From Azolla caroliniana (lineage: Eukaryota > Plantae > Polypodiophyta): 64,000 nt of DNA. The stretch is taken from positions 16,306,001 to 16,370,000 of the forward strand of contig JBHGNT010000002.1 in the NCBI GenBank assembly GCA_043228905.1, given 5' to 3'. Below the pieces are notes generated by a model. That model ran no database searches and had not been told where the DNA came from. It worked only from the letters and a program-made list of their open reading frames with translations. Positions 10,597 through 25,053 of the stretch are shown here, one piece after another. The number at the start of each line of letters is the position of its first letter. The stretch's first letter is position 1. The translations under genes and the position numbers were made by a program.

Positions 10597-13199
10597 CTAC
10601 TTCATCGATGTTTCTTCTTTATACTCGAACCGTTGTTGCCATCCGATCCACCATATTCTTCGTTCACTCTTTGAATTTCCATGACTGGTTGCCATGGCTC
10701 CCTTTTCTCCTGTAGAGCGTAATGTTTCATGCTTTGTGCATGTGCCACCTTCATCTCGACCATCTCCTTGGTCATCTAACTTTCTTTTATCATTCTTTCT
10801 TGTTCCATGCATGCCTTTCGAAGACCTTATAGAAATACTATTCTTGAGTACTCTTAGCGATTCATTTTTTAGCGGCATGCTCTCCTCTAGGTCCTTAAGT
10901 GACCACATCGCATGCTTCCCACTTTGTCCACTTTTGTGGTATACTCTCGTCTTGGAGTTGACTATGACTTCTACACTAGTATTATCCTTGTTAGATTTTG
11001 TGATCACATCTTTCATATCCGCTTAGCCCACTTGGCCCATATCTTTGCTTTTTGAGGTTTGCTTGGTCTCTTTGTCGCACACATTAGCTTTTGTCTTCGT
11101 GCTTTGCTTGACCTCTTTGTTACACGTATGGACTTTCGTCATTTTGCTTTGCTTTACGTCCTTGTTGCACACATTGGCTTTAACCCTTGCTTCCTCGCCG
11201 CCACCATCCTTCGCTTGGGTCTTACATAGGTTAATGCCCAAGTCTCTCAAACGAGTGTGGAGGAATTTTGTAGTTTGGCATTGCCTTTGTCGTGCTACCC
11301 TTAGCCATTTCCACCTTATGGTTGTCCACATTGGCTTTGACCTTTGTTTCTTTGCCGCCACCTTCCATCTCTTGGATCTTACATCGGTTAATGCCCAAGT
11401 CTCAAGAACTTTTGTGGGGAAAGTCTCTTCATGATCATCATCTACCCTCTTCATCTTGACGTCTCCTTCTTCTTCGCATGTGTTAGCCTCGGCCTTCACT
11501 TCCTCACCGTCACCTTCCGTCTCTTGGGTCTCACGTTTGCTTTCCGACGTTGTTGAGTGGCGCGTGACACACATGCCAAACGTCGGAATGTGTGCGTCAC
11601 AAGCGCGGACAAGCACCGGGCCTCTATCCACTAGTGGTTATGGATTATGGGCGGCTGAAGTGACGCACTAATGTGGTTAGAGTGAGAGAGAGAGAGAGAG
11701 AAACAAAATTTGAGGAAGTTTTTAAGATAGATAGGTAGATATATACACATCACCAATAAGATAACTAAGTATTCTTATTATTAATTTTCGATTTGATACA
11801 TAGATTGATTCATAGATTGTTTGATTCATCCATTGATTGATCCCCCCCCCCCCCCATTACACAAGCCTTACAAGGGTTTTAATAGGTTTATCTATCCTTC
11901 TAACATGCACAAAACCATGGGCTTGAACCCATGGTTTTCGGGCACACGGTTTTCCTTGTGGCATGCACAAAACCATAGGCTAAAACCATGGTTTTGTGTA
12001 CACGGTTTTGTATGTTTGTTTCCTATGGAATACTAAATATGAGAAGGAAATATACAAAATCTAAAGCACTTAGTAATAGCTTTAGTGGTAAGATAATTGC
12101 TTCCTATCTTAGAAGTGCAAGGTTCAAATCTTGCTTGCACCCTTTTATATGCACTTGAATGTCATCAGATCCTAGGTTAATTTTCATATTTATAATCATG
12201 TGTATAATGTGTGTGGAGCCACACTATTTCACAATTTCTCCCATTGGACACAGAACATCATGACAACGCATTTGCCCAAGTCTCTAGAACAAGTGTGGAG
12301 AAACTCTTGACACGGCCATCCGCCATTGACTCGTCCATAGACACCTCTGACTCGATGTCGTTTTTCGTGGCTATCTCCTCAATCATGTCGGCCTCACATT
12401 TTTTATCTCCCTTGATCATGCAAGCTTTGGTCATGCTTGCACCTTTATCACTTGATGTTGCAGATATGATACGTGTTTCGAAACATTTGTCTTCGCTTGA
12501 AGTGGCATTCGCCACCCTCGATTCATTTGTTTCATTCTTCTCCATTGTTTCTTTGCAAGACGAGAAGGTGTCTTCTTCCACACCTTCTTCCATGGTGTTG
12601 TCATACCGAACTTGGGCCTTCGTATTGGCCATATCATCACTCCACCTTTGTTGGGAGGTCTCTTCTTCTTTGATAACCATTTTAATTGGTTTTGGTTCCA
12701 TTATAAGATTCTCTTTGGCCTCGACTTGCACCTTTAAATTCTCATATGCCTCGTTTATGAAGGCCTCTATGTCGAGTACCATCGAACCTTCCTTCTTCAA
12801 GCTCTCTTCTTTAGGTGGTAGTTTGTAGTTGCTTCCCATCCTCCTTTCACCATCCGTCATGGGTTGTATTGTTGCCGATGAGAATCTTGTCTTCCTCTTA
12901 TCGTGCAGTTGACATACTCTTTCCACGTTCGTCCAATCCTTGGTGAGGCCATTTGCACCATCATCATCCTCAAGTCGGATTCCAATGGCCTTCCTTTCCT
13001 TCCGATCGATTGACTTCACGAACATTAGGACTTTATCCACCCCCACCAATCTTTGATCCCGCTCCGAGAGTTGTGCAAAGCGACACTCAAACTCAACGAA
13101 AGCATGCATGGCACTTTGGTGGGTCTTTAATGATGATACCCATTGGTCGAACTCGTATAGTTTGCATCTCTTCGGCTCTTTGTATCTATATGCCTCCAT
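10597..13199 (-). pseudogene. gag-like ORF with low-complexity tail, interrupted by a solo LTR and a stop
   Basis: ORF pieces 12258-13199, 11023-11550 and 10597-11016 are colinear with the intact 665-aa ORF at 41376-43373 (FAQLSERD..DKVLMFVKSID..DDDGANGLT; RIWWIGW). Confidence 0.75.
11551..12265 (-). mobile_element. solo LTR (715 bp)
   Basis: TGTTG...TGACA termini. TSD ACGT/ACGC. Removing it restores the host ORF. Shares blocks with 16506-17134. Confidence 0.75.
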
Positions 13200-16158
13200 G
13201 AGATATCCTCCTACCGCCTCGTTTCACGTCGGGTTCACCAAAGATGTTGCGAAAATACGACGAGGATACGTGAACTTGAGGCAGGACTCCGGGGCCCCCG
13301 ACCAGAGGATATCACATTTGTGCGTTTATATTTTTAACAATTAACGGAAATAACAAATTTAATAATTTTCATTAACAAAGGAAACGAAATTACAATATGT
13401 CCCAAGATTGGGATTCAGAAGTTTTAGGTTTACTGAGATTAATAGAAAAGGAAAATTAGGGGTTTTGAGAGATATGACTTCCGTAAGGAAAATTAGGGTT
13501 TTTGGCTTCCGTAAGGAAATTAGGGTTTATGAGAGATATGGCTTTCGTAAGGAAAATTAGGGTTTATGACTTCCGTAAGGAAATTTAGGGTTTATGAGAG
13601 TTATGGCTTCCATAAGATAAGAGAGCTAAGAAGGAAAAGAAAATAAAAATATATGGAGAGACAGAGTGAGTGTAGGAAAAAAAAAATATGGAGTTCCCCG
13701 TTGATCATAGCCTTCTATGTTACTTTGCATGTCCACTTTTAGTTGCATCCATTTTTAGTTGCATGGCTTTTTCTTTTAGTTGCATTGCTTTTTCTTTTAG
13801 TTGCATGCGACCGTCCACATGACCTTTACTTTAGTTTTCTTTACTTTACTTTAATTAGCCACATGATCCTATCATCTGTCCGTCTCGATCGCCGCCCATC
13901 CAATCTGTCTAGTCCGCGTCCAGCCTTGTCCAGTCGCCGATTCCGCCCGATCACCGGTTCCGTCCGATCGCCGGTTTTCGGATCCACTCGATTTCCGACA
14001 CTATCTGATTGTTGATTTCGTCGGGTCCGATTTGCTTACCGGTCGGTTCCTGTTTGCTTCCCGACCGGTTCTAGTTTGCTTATCATCCGATTCCAAATTG
14101 CTTACCGACCGGTTTCGGTTTGCTTACCGGCAGGTTCCAGATTGCTTACCGACCGATTCCGGTTTGCTTTCCAGCCAGTTCCAGTTTGCTTACCAGCTAG
14201 TTCCAGTTCCATTACCGGCCAGTTCCATTTTATTGCCAATCGGTTTTTGGGAACTTGGCCACATTCATCCATCTAGACAAAGTGGCCAAAGTGCTCTTAG
14301 CACAAATGAAAAATGAGGTATCTCAATGTGATTATATAGCTAGGGCCTTAAGTTTCGTATGTATGTGGGATACTTCAAAATTCTATTTTCCCTATCTTCT
14401 CAAGCTTCATGTCCACCTAACTTGATATGTAGTTGTCTATTTTGTATGTAGTAAAATGCGTTTTGAAACTCTTGAGTACATCCATATTTCTATAACAAGC
14501 TACTAATCTAATCTAAAATAATTATTTCATTATTTTTCTACATAGTTTTCATATCGTGTGTGAAAAACCACACGACATTCACCCCCACCAAACCACACGA
14601 CAGCGTGGTCGCCTGTGGCGCGTTGTGCAGGACGTTTGGAGGTGGGTCCCGACGACGATTGTCGTTCTGTCGTCGATTGTTCCGCGAACCTCTATAAAAT
14701 TTCTTCTATCGGTTCGTGAATACCGTTGATCGTACCGGTTATCCCAGTCGTCGTCATATTGATCATACTCATCATTTGTTCTATATTGGTCGTCGTGGTA
14801 CTGGTCATGGCGGTCATCTGATCTCATGCGATTGTCGCGGCGGTAACGGTCATCATTACGTCGATAGTCGTCGTCGCGGCGCTGGCTACCCAGAGATCGT
14901 GGTCGCTTGTTTGCCCGATGTCGGTATGACTGACGTTCATCCTGCCAAGAGTATGTATTGTGAAGCTCGATCTGGCAAACCGGAGTCGTCGTTGTGCGGT
15001 TGAGCATGTTGTACTCACATTGTTCGATCGTGTGAGCTCGGGACTGACATATTGGGCAGTGTGGCCAGTGAGGGCACTCGAGAGCCAGATGGCCTGAGCC
15101 TGAGCAAGCCGTGCATTGGAGGGCTTGTCGGAAACGATTGTCCTCCTGAGGAAGGGAGCTTTGCAAAGAGTCCATGGAGAAAGTCGTGTTATGTTCGGTC
15201 CTAGCGATGGCGAGGACACGTGCGATGACTTGCTCAATGGTCTAGTTCGAGAAATTGGTAAGTGCGAGAGTCGTCCGTAGAGGCTCCCGTAGGCTGGACA
15301 GGAAAGTATCCGGAATGTGATGGGCGGAGACATCGTTGGCCAGTTGTCGGTAGAGATCTTGAAACCGGATCGTGAACTGGGCGACCGTCTCGTGAGGTTC
15401 TTGGCTCATGGAAAAGAACTACTGGAGTAGTTCACGCTTCGGAACTTGGCGGTGAAATAATTCTGGAAACTTTGTGCGGACATCCTAAAACGTGTGACCT
15501 CCCCCATGTCGAGGCGGGAGTATCATCGAGCAATCGTGCCATCGAGGGATAAAGCGAACTCCGCGATTTTGGAGGACTCGATTGTTGGGAATATGTCCCT
15601 CCTGTGGGAGGATGATCCGACTGTTCAGAAAGCCAACAGTCAAAGAGTCAGAAAACAAGAGCCGAGTTGATGAGGAACGGTCGAGGCCGAAACCGGAATT
15701 GTGTAAATGGCCAACTCGGGAGACTATATTTGTAAATAGTCTTAGTGTGCGCCCCATAAGGGCTACGTATGTAAATAACCAGAAGGTTGCATAAGTATAT
15801 ATGCAACTAGGGCAAACATGTTGTGAGAGATGCAGGAGTAGAAGTAAAACGACTGTGAGAGAGAGACAGAAGAAGCGTGAGCTGCGCCATAGCTGTGTTG
15901 TAAGAGCCCTTCGTGGTTGTTACACTCGATAGAGTGTTGTAACCTTCTCGGTGGTGTATATCCACTATTTGTATAGTGAAGCTCTGTTCCCGTGGTTTTC
16001 CCCATTTTAGGGTTTCCACGTAAATCTCTGTGTATAGTCGTCTATCTTGTCTTTCTCACATTTTGAGTGTGATTCGTATTTCAACGCGTAGTTCAATTAT
16101 TGTGATTAATTCCGCAACGATTTCTCAACAAACTGGTATCAAAGCTTGAGGTGCAAGC

Positions 16159-19100
16159 ATGGAAGGAGGTGTGAGCGGATTCCCAGGTATGATAGTTCTG
16201 AACTCTCAGAACTATGCAGACTAGAAGATAAAGATGGAAGACCTTCTCATAGTCAAAGATCTGTACAAGCCAGTCGACAGAGCACAAATACCTAGGGGGG
16301 TATTGGAGTCGGACTGGAAGCTTCTGAATAGGAAGGCGGTGGCCACAATCCGACAATGTGTCGATGTAAGTGTCCTTCAGCATGTGGCGAACGACACGAA
16401 TGCCCACGAGATGTGGCAGAAGCTGTCGGGTCTGTATGAGAGGAAGAACGTGGTAAAGAGAACCTCGCTAATGAGAAAAATCGTACGATTGAAATACGGA
16501 GACGGTGTCGCGAAGATTCGTGTGTGCGTGTGCTACTCGAGCGACCACCAGGGTCTTGGCCTGGGGAGGATGTTTGCAGAATTATCGAAGAGATGACGAT
16601 CAATGTAAGATTAGATGAAATTTGTTTACTTGAGAAGAAGAAAGATTGTACACTTGAGAAGTAGAAAAATATGAAGAAGATAAAGACAAATATAATTATA
16701 TTGATGATATGGTGTTGGTGATATCACATATTGAGCCCCCCTTACACAAGCCTAACTAGAGGCTTTTATAGGTCTTTCCATGCTTGTGACATGCACAAAA
16801 CCATGGGCTAAAACCATGGTTTTGTGCACACGGTTTTGCTTATGTCATGCACAAGCCATGGTTTTGTGCACATGGTTTTCTATGGTTGCTTCATATATAA
16901 TTCGTATATGAAAAGGAAATACATACAACATACACTATATGGTAGTTGTCTTAGTGGTAAGGCAATCATCTTGTATCTTAGAGGTGCAAGGTTCAAACCT
17001 TGCTTGCACCCCTCTGTATGAACTCAAGTGCCACTAGGCCTTAGGCTTATTTGCTAAGTGTATGTGCAATGTTGCACATCCTTGGTTTATTCGTCTCACT
17101 CGGTTTCACACCGTAGCCGAAAATCGTCATGACAACGGTGAGAGCATTGTCGAACACATCAGCACGTTCATGGGGTATGTAAATCAACTTGCTGCGATCA
17201 AGTTTCCCCTGGATGACGCAATGCAGGCCATCCTGCTGATGTGTACCCTGCCGAAAAGCTAGGAGAACCTGGTGGTTACTCTCAGCACCTCTTGTCAAGA
17301 AGAGAACTTGTCTTTAGAGACGGTGAAGACAAGCATCCTAAACAAGGACACAAGGAGGAAAGACAAAGGGGTCTTGTCCCAAACGGAGTCGAATCTGACT
17401 CAACACATGGACAGAGGAAGGGACCAGCGAAGAAGAAGTCCACAGCGAACGGACAGATCCCATGCCAGATCGAAGTCCAGAGGTAAGCCTGTGTGCTTCT
17501 ATTGCGGAAAACCTGGACACTTCCAGAAGGACTGTCGACACCTGAGAAAAGACAAGAGCATCGGAAATAATGTCGAACCCCGGAAAATTCCGGATGAAAA
17601 GAACACTTCGGCCATTGCTACGAGCAATGAGGAACTTCTGTTCATATGTGAACAAACAAGTGCAAATCTTGCAAGTGAAGAGTGCACTTGGGTGATCGAC
17701 TCTGGCGCATCCTTTCACATTACTCCATCGAGAGAGTATTTCTCGACTTACATAACCGGGGATCATGGCTATGTAAAGATGGGTGATAGTGGAGAGTGCA
17801 AGATAACCGGGGTCGGAAGTGTGTGCTTAATGACGTCGACAGGGTGTCGACTAACGTTGAAGGATGTTCGACACGTCCCAGATATCAGATTGAATCTGAT
17901 ATCGACTGGAAGGCTTGACGACGAAGGCTACAGTGGTAGTTTTCGGAATGGCAAGTGGAAGTTCTGCCGAGGAAATCTCATAGTGGCCCGAGCTCAGAAA
18001 GAAGGCACATTGTACATGATGCATGCCCGACTATGCAAATCAGAAGTAAACATGGCAGCCGACTCGGCAGAGGAGATATGGCATAAGAGGCTAGGCCACA
18101 TGAGCGAGAAGGGAATGCACCTGTTAGCCGACCAGGAACTTCTATCAGAAGTCAAGGGAGTGCACCTGGAGAAGTGTGTCGACTGCTTAGCCGAAAAGCT
18201 GAATAGGACGGCATTCCACACGAGACCACCGAGGAGAAGAGAAGTTGCACTGGAACTAGTGCACACTGATGTGTGCTATGTGGATGCTCCATCGCATCGA
18301 GGAGGATAGTACTTTGTAATGTTTATTGACAACCATAGTCGGAAGACATGGGCCTTCGTACTGAAGACGAAGGATCAAGTATTGTCGGTTTTCAAGGAGT
18401 TCCAGGCAAGAACCAAAAGAGAGTCGGGCCGGAAACTGAAGGTTGTCCGAACTGACAATGGTGGTGAGTACAAAGGGCAATTTGAGGAATACTGCAAGTG
18501 CCAAGGTATTCGAATCGAATACACAGTGGCAAAGACCCCAGAGTTGAACGAGCTTGCAGAGAGGATGAATCAAACAATCATGGAGAGAGTAAGGAGCATG
18601 CTCTCCCATGCAAAATTACCAAAATCCTATTGGGTCGAGGCGATGTACACAGTTGTTTATCTGATCAACAGGTCTCCCTCAGTGCCATTAAAGGGTGATG
18701 TCCCACAAAGGGTGTGGATAGGGAAGGATGTCTCCTACCAACACTTGAGGGTGTTCGGATGTTTGGCGTATATGCATGTACCAAAGGATCAGAGGTCAAA
18801 GCTCGACAGCAAGTCGAAAGCATGCATATTCATGGGATACTTGAAAGATGAATTCGGCTACAGGTTGTGGGATTTAGTCGACACAAAGGTAGTGAGAAGT
18901 CGGGATGTCATCTTTCTTGAAGATAAGACAATTGAAGACTGGAAGCAACAGAAGTCGGAATCGACTCCCCAGTCAACCTCGACTACCATCGACTTAAGGC
19001 CAAGTGAGTCGTTACTGATAGCTGTAAGGAGACAGTTGGCCGACAGAGCCTAATCCGAGTTGGTCGACTCAGAAAGACCGATAGACTATGAGTCAGAGTC

Positions 19101-20855
19101 TGCAGATCTGCTAAAATCAATTGAGGAATATGAGTTGGAGTTGTCCAACCTGGAGATGTCGATTGATGAGCAGAATCCCGAGCAAAGAGAAGAGTTGGCA
19201 GAGACATCTGAAAAAGAGCCAACAACGAGTGGACGAAGGTACCCACTCAGAGAAAGGAAGGTGCCGATTACATATGCCAGTCAATACATCCTCTTGACTG
19301 ATGACGGTGAACCGGAGTGCTATGAAGAAGCCATTGCCGACGAGAGTAGAGAAAAATGGTTGAACGCGATGCAAGAGGAGATGGAATCCTTGCACGCGAA
19401 TTACACCTACAACCTAGTAGAGCTGCCAAAAGGTAAGAGAGCACTCAGGAATAAATGGGTCTACAAGGTCAAGACTGGAGAAGTCGACAGAAAGCGCAGG
19501 TATAAAGCCCGCATAGTGGTGAAGGGTTTCCAACAGAGGAAGGGCGTCGACTTTGACGAAATATTCACACCAATCGTGAAGATGAAATTGATTCGAACTA
19601 TTCTGAGCATAGCGACCAGCATGGATCTGGAGATCGAACGGTTGGATGTCAAAACTGCATTTCTACACGGGGAGCTAGAAGAAGAAATCTACATGTAGCA
19701 ACCCGAAGGCTTTGAGGAGAAAGGGAAAGAGAACCTGGTGTGTCGACTGAGGAAAAGCTTGTACGGACTGAAACAAGCTCCATGCCAATGGTACAAGAAA
19801 TTCGAGTCCTTCATGATGGAACATCGGTTCCAGATAACACAGGCTGCTCACTGTGTGTTCGTCAAAAGGTACGAGGAAGGAGATTTCTTGATTCTCTTGC
19901 TATATGTTGATGATATGTTGATAGTCAGCCAAGATGCAAGGAAGATTGGAAGCTTGAAGAAAGCTCTCGGCAAATCATTTGCCATGAAAGACCTTGGACC
20001 AGCAAAGCAAATCCTAGGAATGCACATAACCCGAGACAGAGCTCGGAAGGTGCTATGGTTGCCACAACAAAAGTATGTGACGAAGATCCTAGAGAGGTTC
20101 AACATGTCAAACGCAAAGCCGGTCGGCTCAATGTTGTCGACAAATTGCAGACTAAATGCGACGCAGTGTCCGAAAGGGTAGAAGGAAAACGTTGACATGA
20201 AGAAGGTACCATATGCCTCGGCCGTCGGTAGTTTAATGTATGATATGGTCTGTATGAGACCAGACATAGCATTTGTTGTGGGAGCAGTAAGCCGATATAT
20301 GAGTAATCCAGGGAGAGAACACTGGGCAGCAGTGAAGTGGATACTCAGGTACTTAAAGGGCACCTCAGGTGTGTGCCTAAGGTATGGTGTCGAAAAACCT
20401 ATGCTAGAAGGTTTTACCGATTTGGACATGTCATGAGATGTTCACTCGAGCAGATCCACGTCAGGGTACGTGATGACCTACGCAGGGGGAGCAGTGTCGT
20501 GGCAGTCACGACTGCAGAAGTCTGTAGCCTTGTCGACTACAGAGGCAGAGTATATGGCAGCAGTAGAGGCCGGAAAAGAGCTGATCTGGATGAGAAATTT
20601 TCTCACCGAATTAGGCATGAAGCAAATGGAGTTCTTGCTTCATTGTGACAGCCAAAGCGCCATACACCTAGCCAAGAATGCGGCATATCACTCCCGAACC
20701 AAGCACATATAGAGAAGATATCACTGGTTACGAGAGAGAGTTGAAGAAGGAGAGTTTTCTCTCGAAAAGATCCATACTAATGCAATGGATCCGACATGCT
20801 GACGAAGAACCTACCTATGGACAGACTCAAAGTCTGTCGACAAAATACAAGACTG
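16159..20855 (+). pseudogene. copia gag-pol (gag, CCHC, PR, IN, RT, RNase H)
   Basis: CFYCGKPGHFQKDC; WVIDSGASFH; WHKRLGH; VRTDNGGEY; LYVDDMLI; STTEAEY; multiple in-frame stops. Confidence 0.95.
16506..17134 (-). mobile_element. solo LTR (629 bp) in copia gag
   Basis: TGTCGCG...CATGACA termini. Perfect 4-bp TSD ACGG. Removing it restores gag KYGDGESIVEH. Confidence 0.9.
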
Positions 20856-22387
20856 ACAGATTTCCTCCCACATGAGTGAAGGGGGAGTTTGTTGGGAATA
20901 TGTCCCTCCTGTGGGAGGATGATCCAACTGTTTGGAAAGCCAACAGTCGAAGAGTCGGAAAACAGGAGCTAACTTGATGAGGAACGGTCGAGGCCGAAAC
21001 CGGAATCGTATAAATGGCCAACTTGGGAGACTATATTTGTAAATAGTCTTAGTGTGCGCCCCATAAGGGCTACATATGTAAATAACCAGAAAGTTGCGTA
21101 AGTATATATGCAACTAGGGCAAACATGTTGTGAGAGATGTAGGGGCAGAAGTAAAACGACTGTGAGAGAGAGAGAGAGAGAGAAGAAGCGTGAGCCGCGC
21201 CATAGTTGTGTTGTAACAGTAGACGCGAAGAGCCCTGCGTGGCTGTTACACTTGACAGAGTGTTGTAACCTTCTCGGTGGTGTATATCCACTATTTTAGG
21301 GTTTCCGTGGTTTTCCCCGTTTTAGGGTTTCCACGTAAATGTCTGTGTATAGTCGTCTATCTTGTCTTTCTCACATTTTGAGTGTGATTCGTATTTCAGC
21401 GCATAGTTCGATTATTGTGATTAATTCCGCAACGATTTCTCAACATCAATTTTGGCAGCCGCTAACCGCTGCGTCGAGTGGTTGGCCTTCCATGTGGACA
21501 CGAAAGCACGGGTGTGTGATTCCGCATCGGGCCCATCGGTATATCGTGGGTAAGGGTAAGGCATGGTAACGAGATCCGGGTCTTCAGGTAAAGCCGAAAA
21601 AGGGTTAGGGTCAGGTTGGGTGACCTCTAGAGGGCTCGACGGGGAGGCTGGTATGGAATCAACTCGCGACTGGTTATCGGGTGGCGAGGATTGCAACCGG
21701 GGAGCCTATGATCGTTCCTGGAAAGATTGGTCAGTGACTGCCGAGTCGGAAGTTCCTTCGACTAGCTCCGAGCGTCGGGCAGGTGGCCAAGACCGCGTGA
21801 GGTGATTGGGCGTCGTAATGGCGGCTAGAGTTTACCTCCTACGTAGTTCACTGTGACCTTACAGTTGTAACCGGGCGTGCCAAATTGTGTTAACCGTTTC
21901 TAGGTAAACACCTTCGATGAGCCCACAGGCTATCGGTATCAAGGGATCATGTTACGTGGAAGCTTCTTCTCCACTGAGAAGATGATAGGAGAACGAGGAG
22001 CGTACACACGCTACAACCCGTTAGGCATAAACATAGCTCGATTTATGAGCACGGGGAGAATACACAGATAAAAGAATAGTAAGAGCGAAACTTATATTAA
22101 ATGATAAAGCTCACAGTGATTACAGTGCACGGCTCTCGACCAAACACAGTTCGTGCAGAGCTCAGTCCTACAATATTAATCTTGCTAAAAATGATCTAGA
22201 TATTCCCCCCTTGAGGTATGCCGATATCGGTTTATATAGTTTTCCTCTTTAGACAGAGCCGAGCCATCGGCTAATTGTGAGGGCTAAAAACTCGACTATT
22301 TCTAGTTTTACCTATTTCCTCACCTACTATTCTACCTACCGGCGAGTATACATAATGTATTTATATTTCTGGCCTATGGACAACACA

Positions 22388-25053
22388 ATGTTTCTTAGGA
22401 TTTTCAAATTTTTACTGTAAATTTATCAAGAATTATTCAAACATTGTGATGCCTCTCACAGAGCTTACACGAAAAAACAAGTCATTCACATGGAGTTCTA
22501 GTGCAACCAAAGCTTTTGAAAACCTAAAGAGCGCATTCACTTCTGCTCCAATTCTACTTCATGCTGACCTAGAAAAACCATTTATCATTGAGGTGGATGC
22601 ATCTGATTTTGCACTAGGAAGTATCTTGTCATAGACAGGAGATGATGGGAAGCTACATCCAATTGCTTTCTATTCACGCAAATTCGAAGCCGTAGAGATC
22701 AATTACGAGATTCACGACAAAGAGCTTCTAGCCATTATAGACTCGTTTGAACAGTGGAGGCATTTCTTAGAAGGTTCTCCCCACCAAATCATTGTTTACA
22801 ATGATCATAAAAACCTCACATACTTTCAAAGTGCTAGAGTCTTGAGTCGCCGCCAAGCTCGTTGGGCACAGTTTCTAACGCGTTTTGACTTTGTCATCAC
22901 ATATCGCCCAGGAGTACAACAAGGAAAGGCAGATGCTCTCTCACGACGATCTTATTTGGCTCCACAACCAGGAGAACCCACATTTGATCATCAAAAACAA
23001 ATCATCTTGGGGCCTAATCGGTTACGACTATTAACTATTAATGCCTCTCAAGCATTTGAAGATTCAAGTCTTCTTGATTCAATCCGAACAGATATCATTT
23101 CTGATGAATTTGCTCAAGATATATTGAATCATATAATTTCAGATCGTGTTTCTTCTTCAAGCTCCAAGAATCCTCGTAAAGATTATAACTAATTTAAATG
23201 GGATAATGGTTTACTTTTTCGCAACACTCTTTTGTATGTCCCAAATGGTTTGTCTTGACTTCAAGTAATGCGATATTGTCACGACAACCCAATGGTCGGG
23301 CACTTTGGAATCCACAAAACTTTGGAGCTAGTTTCTCGAAACTATTGGTGGCCTCACCTTCGAGAGTTTGTTGAAGATTATGTTCGTAGTTGTGATGTGT
23401 GTTGTCGGTCAAAGATTCCACAACATCAACCATATGGGTTATTACAACCATTGCCAATTCCTATTGGTCCATGGAAATCCATCTCGATGGATTTTATTAT
23501 AGATCTTCCAATTTCGAAGAGTTTTGATGTTGTTCTCACTATAGTAGATCGATTCACAAAGATGGCGCATTTTCTTCCATGCACGAAAACCATCAACAGT
23601 AAAGAAACTGTAGACATCGTTATGAAAGAAGTATTTCGGCTTCATGGTCTTCCAGATGACATCATTAGTGATCGTGGCTCACAATTCATCTCAAAATTCT
23701 GGAAACACTTGCTTGAGATGCTCAAAATTTCCTGTAAACTTTCGTCAATCTATCATCCACAAAGTGACGATCAAACCGAGCGGATGAATCAAACATTAGA
23801 GCAATATCTTCGGTGTTTCATCAATTACCAAAAGGATGATTGGGTGGATTTTTGCACTTTGCAGAGGTTGCATACAATAATTCAGTTCATTCCTCAACAG
23901 GGTATACTCCATTTTTTGCAAACATAGGATATCATCCTCGTTGGACAATGATGGCACATCCAGAAATCTCAAAAAATCCTGTTGTTGAAGATCGTCTACG
24001 TCAACTACAAGACATGCGTGTTGCACTTTCTCAACATTTGCAAACTACTCAAGCCACACACAAAAAAGCCACAGATCGTCACCGTCTCGACTCTTCACCA
24101 AAGGAACCAAAGTTTCAAATTGGGGATCGTGTATGGTTACTACGACGTAATGTGAAGACTACTAGACCTTGTGACAAGTTGGATTATCAACGACTTGGTC
24201 CATTTATTATCTCCAATCAGATTAATGATGCTGCATTTTGCCTTGATCTACCTCCACAAATGCATCTACATCCGGTATTTCATGTTTCATTGTTGGAACC
24301 CTACATTGGTAGTTCCATTCCAAATCGGGTTGTTCTAGCCCCACCTCCAGTTCAACTTGTTAATGGCCCAAAATTTGAAGTCAAAGCTATTTTGGACTCC
24401 AAGATAATACGTAAAAAGCTTTATTATCTCGTGGATTGGTTAGGGCATACACCAAATGATCGTACTTGGGAGCCAGCTGAGAACCTTGATAATGCCTCTG
24501 ACTTGGTGGCTGAATTTCATCGCCAATATCCAGATAAGCCAAGTCTGAATTCATGCATTGCGACTCATGGAACTCGTCATCAAAGGAGGGGGATGGTGTC
24601 ATGTGTATACAAAACCCAATAAACTTTATGGTGATTTGAACCCATGACCTCCTCAAAGAAAGCATACAACCCCATCCATTAGGATACATCATATTGTATA
24701 TATTAAATAATAAATTCTACTATATCAATAGGAAATATATTTAATAATATTATTGAAATGTCACCACCTTGCATAGGCTAACACATGATTGCCATGGGGC
24801 ATGCTTGCATGAATGTCAAGTGGTGATCATGCGTGCCTATGAGGTGGCGAGCATGCATGTATCCAAACCATGCTATATAAACATGTATTTGACTATTGAT
24901 GAACCATTCTGGTTCAACGCCAGTCTTCAGCATATTCTTGTAAAAATTGCTCTCGTTGTTAATACATTATCAAATTCTTCTTATCTCTCTCATTATTTTC
25001 GTTTCTCATTCTCTTCTTCATTTTAAAACTCGTTCCTAACTTTGGCCCTGACA
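22388..25053 (+). mobile_element. chromoviral Ty3/gypsy 3' half (Tcn1-like): RNase H, integrase, chromodomain, 3' LTR
   Basis: IEVDASDFALG; YEIHDKELLAI; HxxxxxGH..CxxC; SDRGSQF; LGPF; chromodomain FEVKAILD..YLVDW..RTWEP. PPT 24582-24596. LTR 24597-25053 (TGTCA...TGACA). Confidence 0.92.

Larger units (their letters stand above)
9302..14602 (-). mobile_element. non-autonomous gag-only LTR retrotransposon (TR-GAG-like), tRNA-Trp PBS
   Basis: 5' LTR 13245-14577 and 3' LTR 9302-10527 (outer ~80 bp lost). PBS 13224-13240 (TGGTGAACCCGACGTGA on minus). PPT 10528-10544. No pol motifs. Confidence 0.85.
15583..21445 (+). mobile_element. full-length Ty1/copia LTR retrotransposon (Tnt1/Tork-like), degenerate
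   Basis: LTRs 15583-16130 and 20890-21445. TSD TCGAT/TCAAT. PBS-Met TGGTATCAAAGC at 16134. PPT ~20874-20889. Confidence 0.95.
14603..22387 (-). mobile_element. Tat-like Ty3/gypsy 5' half (LTR, PBS-Arg, gag with zinc knuckles), interrupted by copia
   Basis: LTR 21886-22387 (TGTGTT...AACACA). PBS TGGCACGCCCGGT (minus, ~21870-21882). gag MPYPYPRY...; CTACSGSGHLALEC and CPICQSRAHTIEQC in ORF 14579-15175. Confidence 0.75.
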
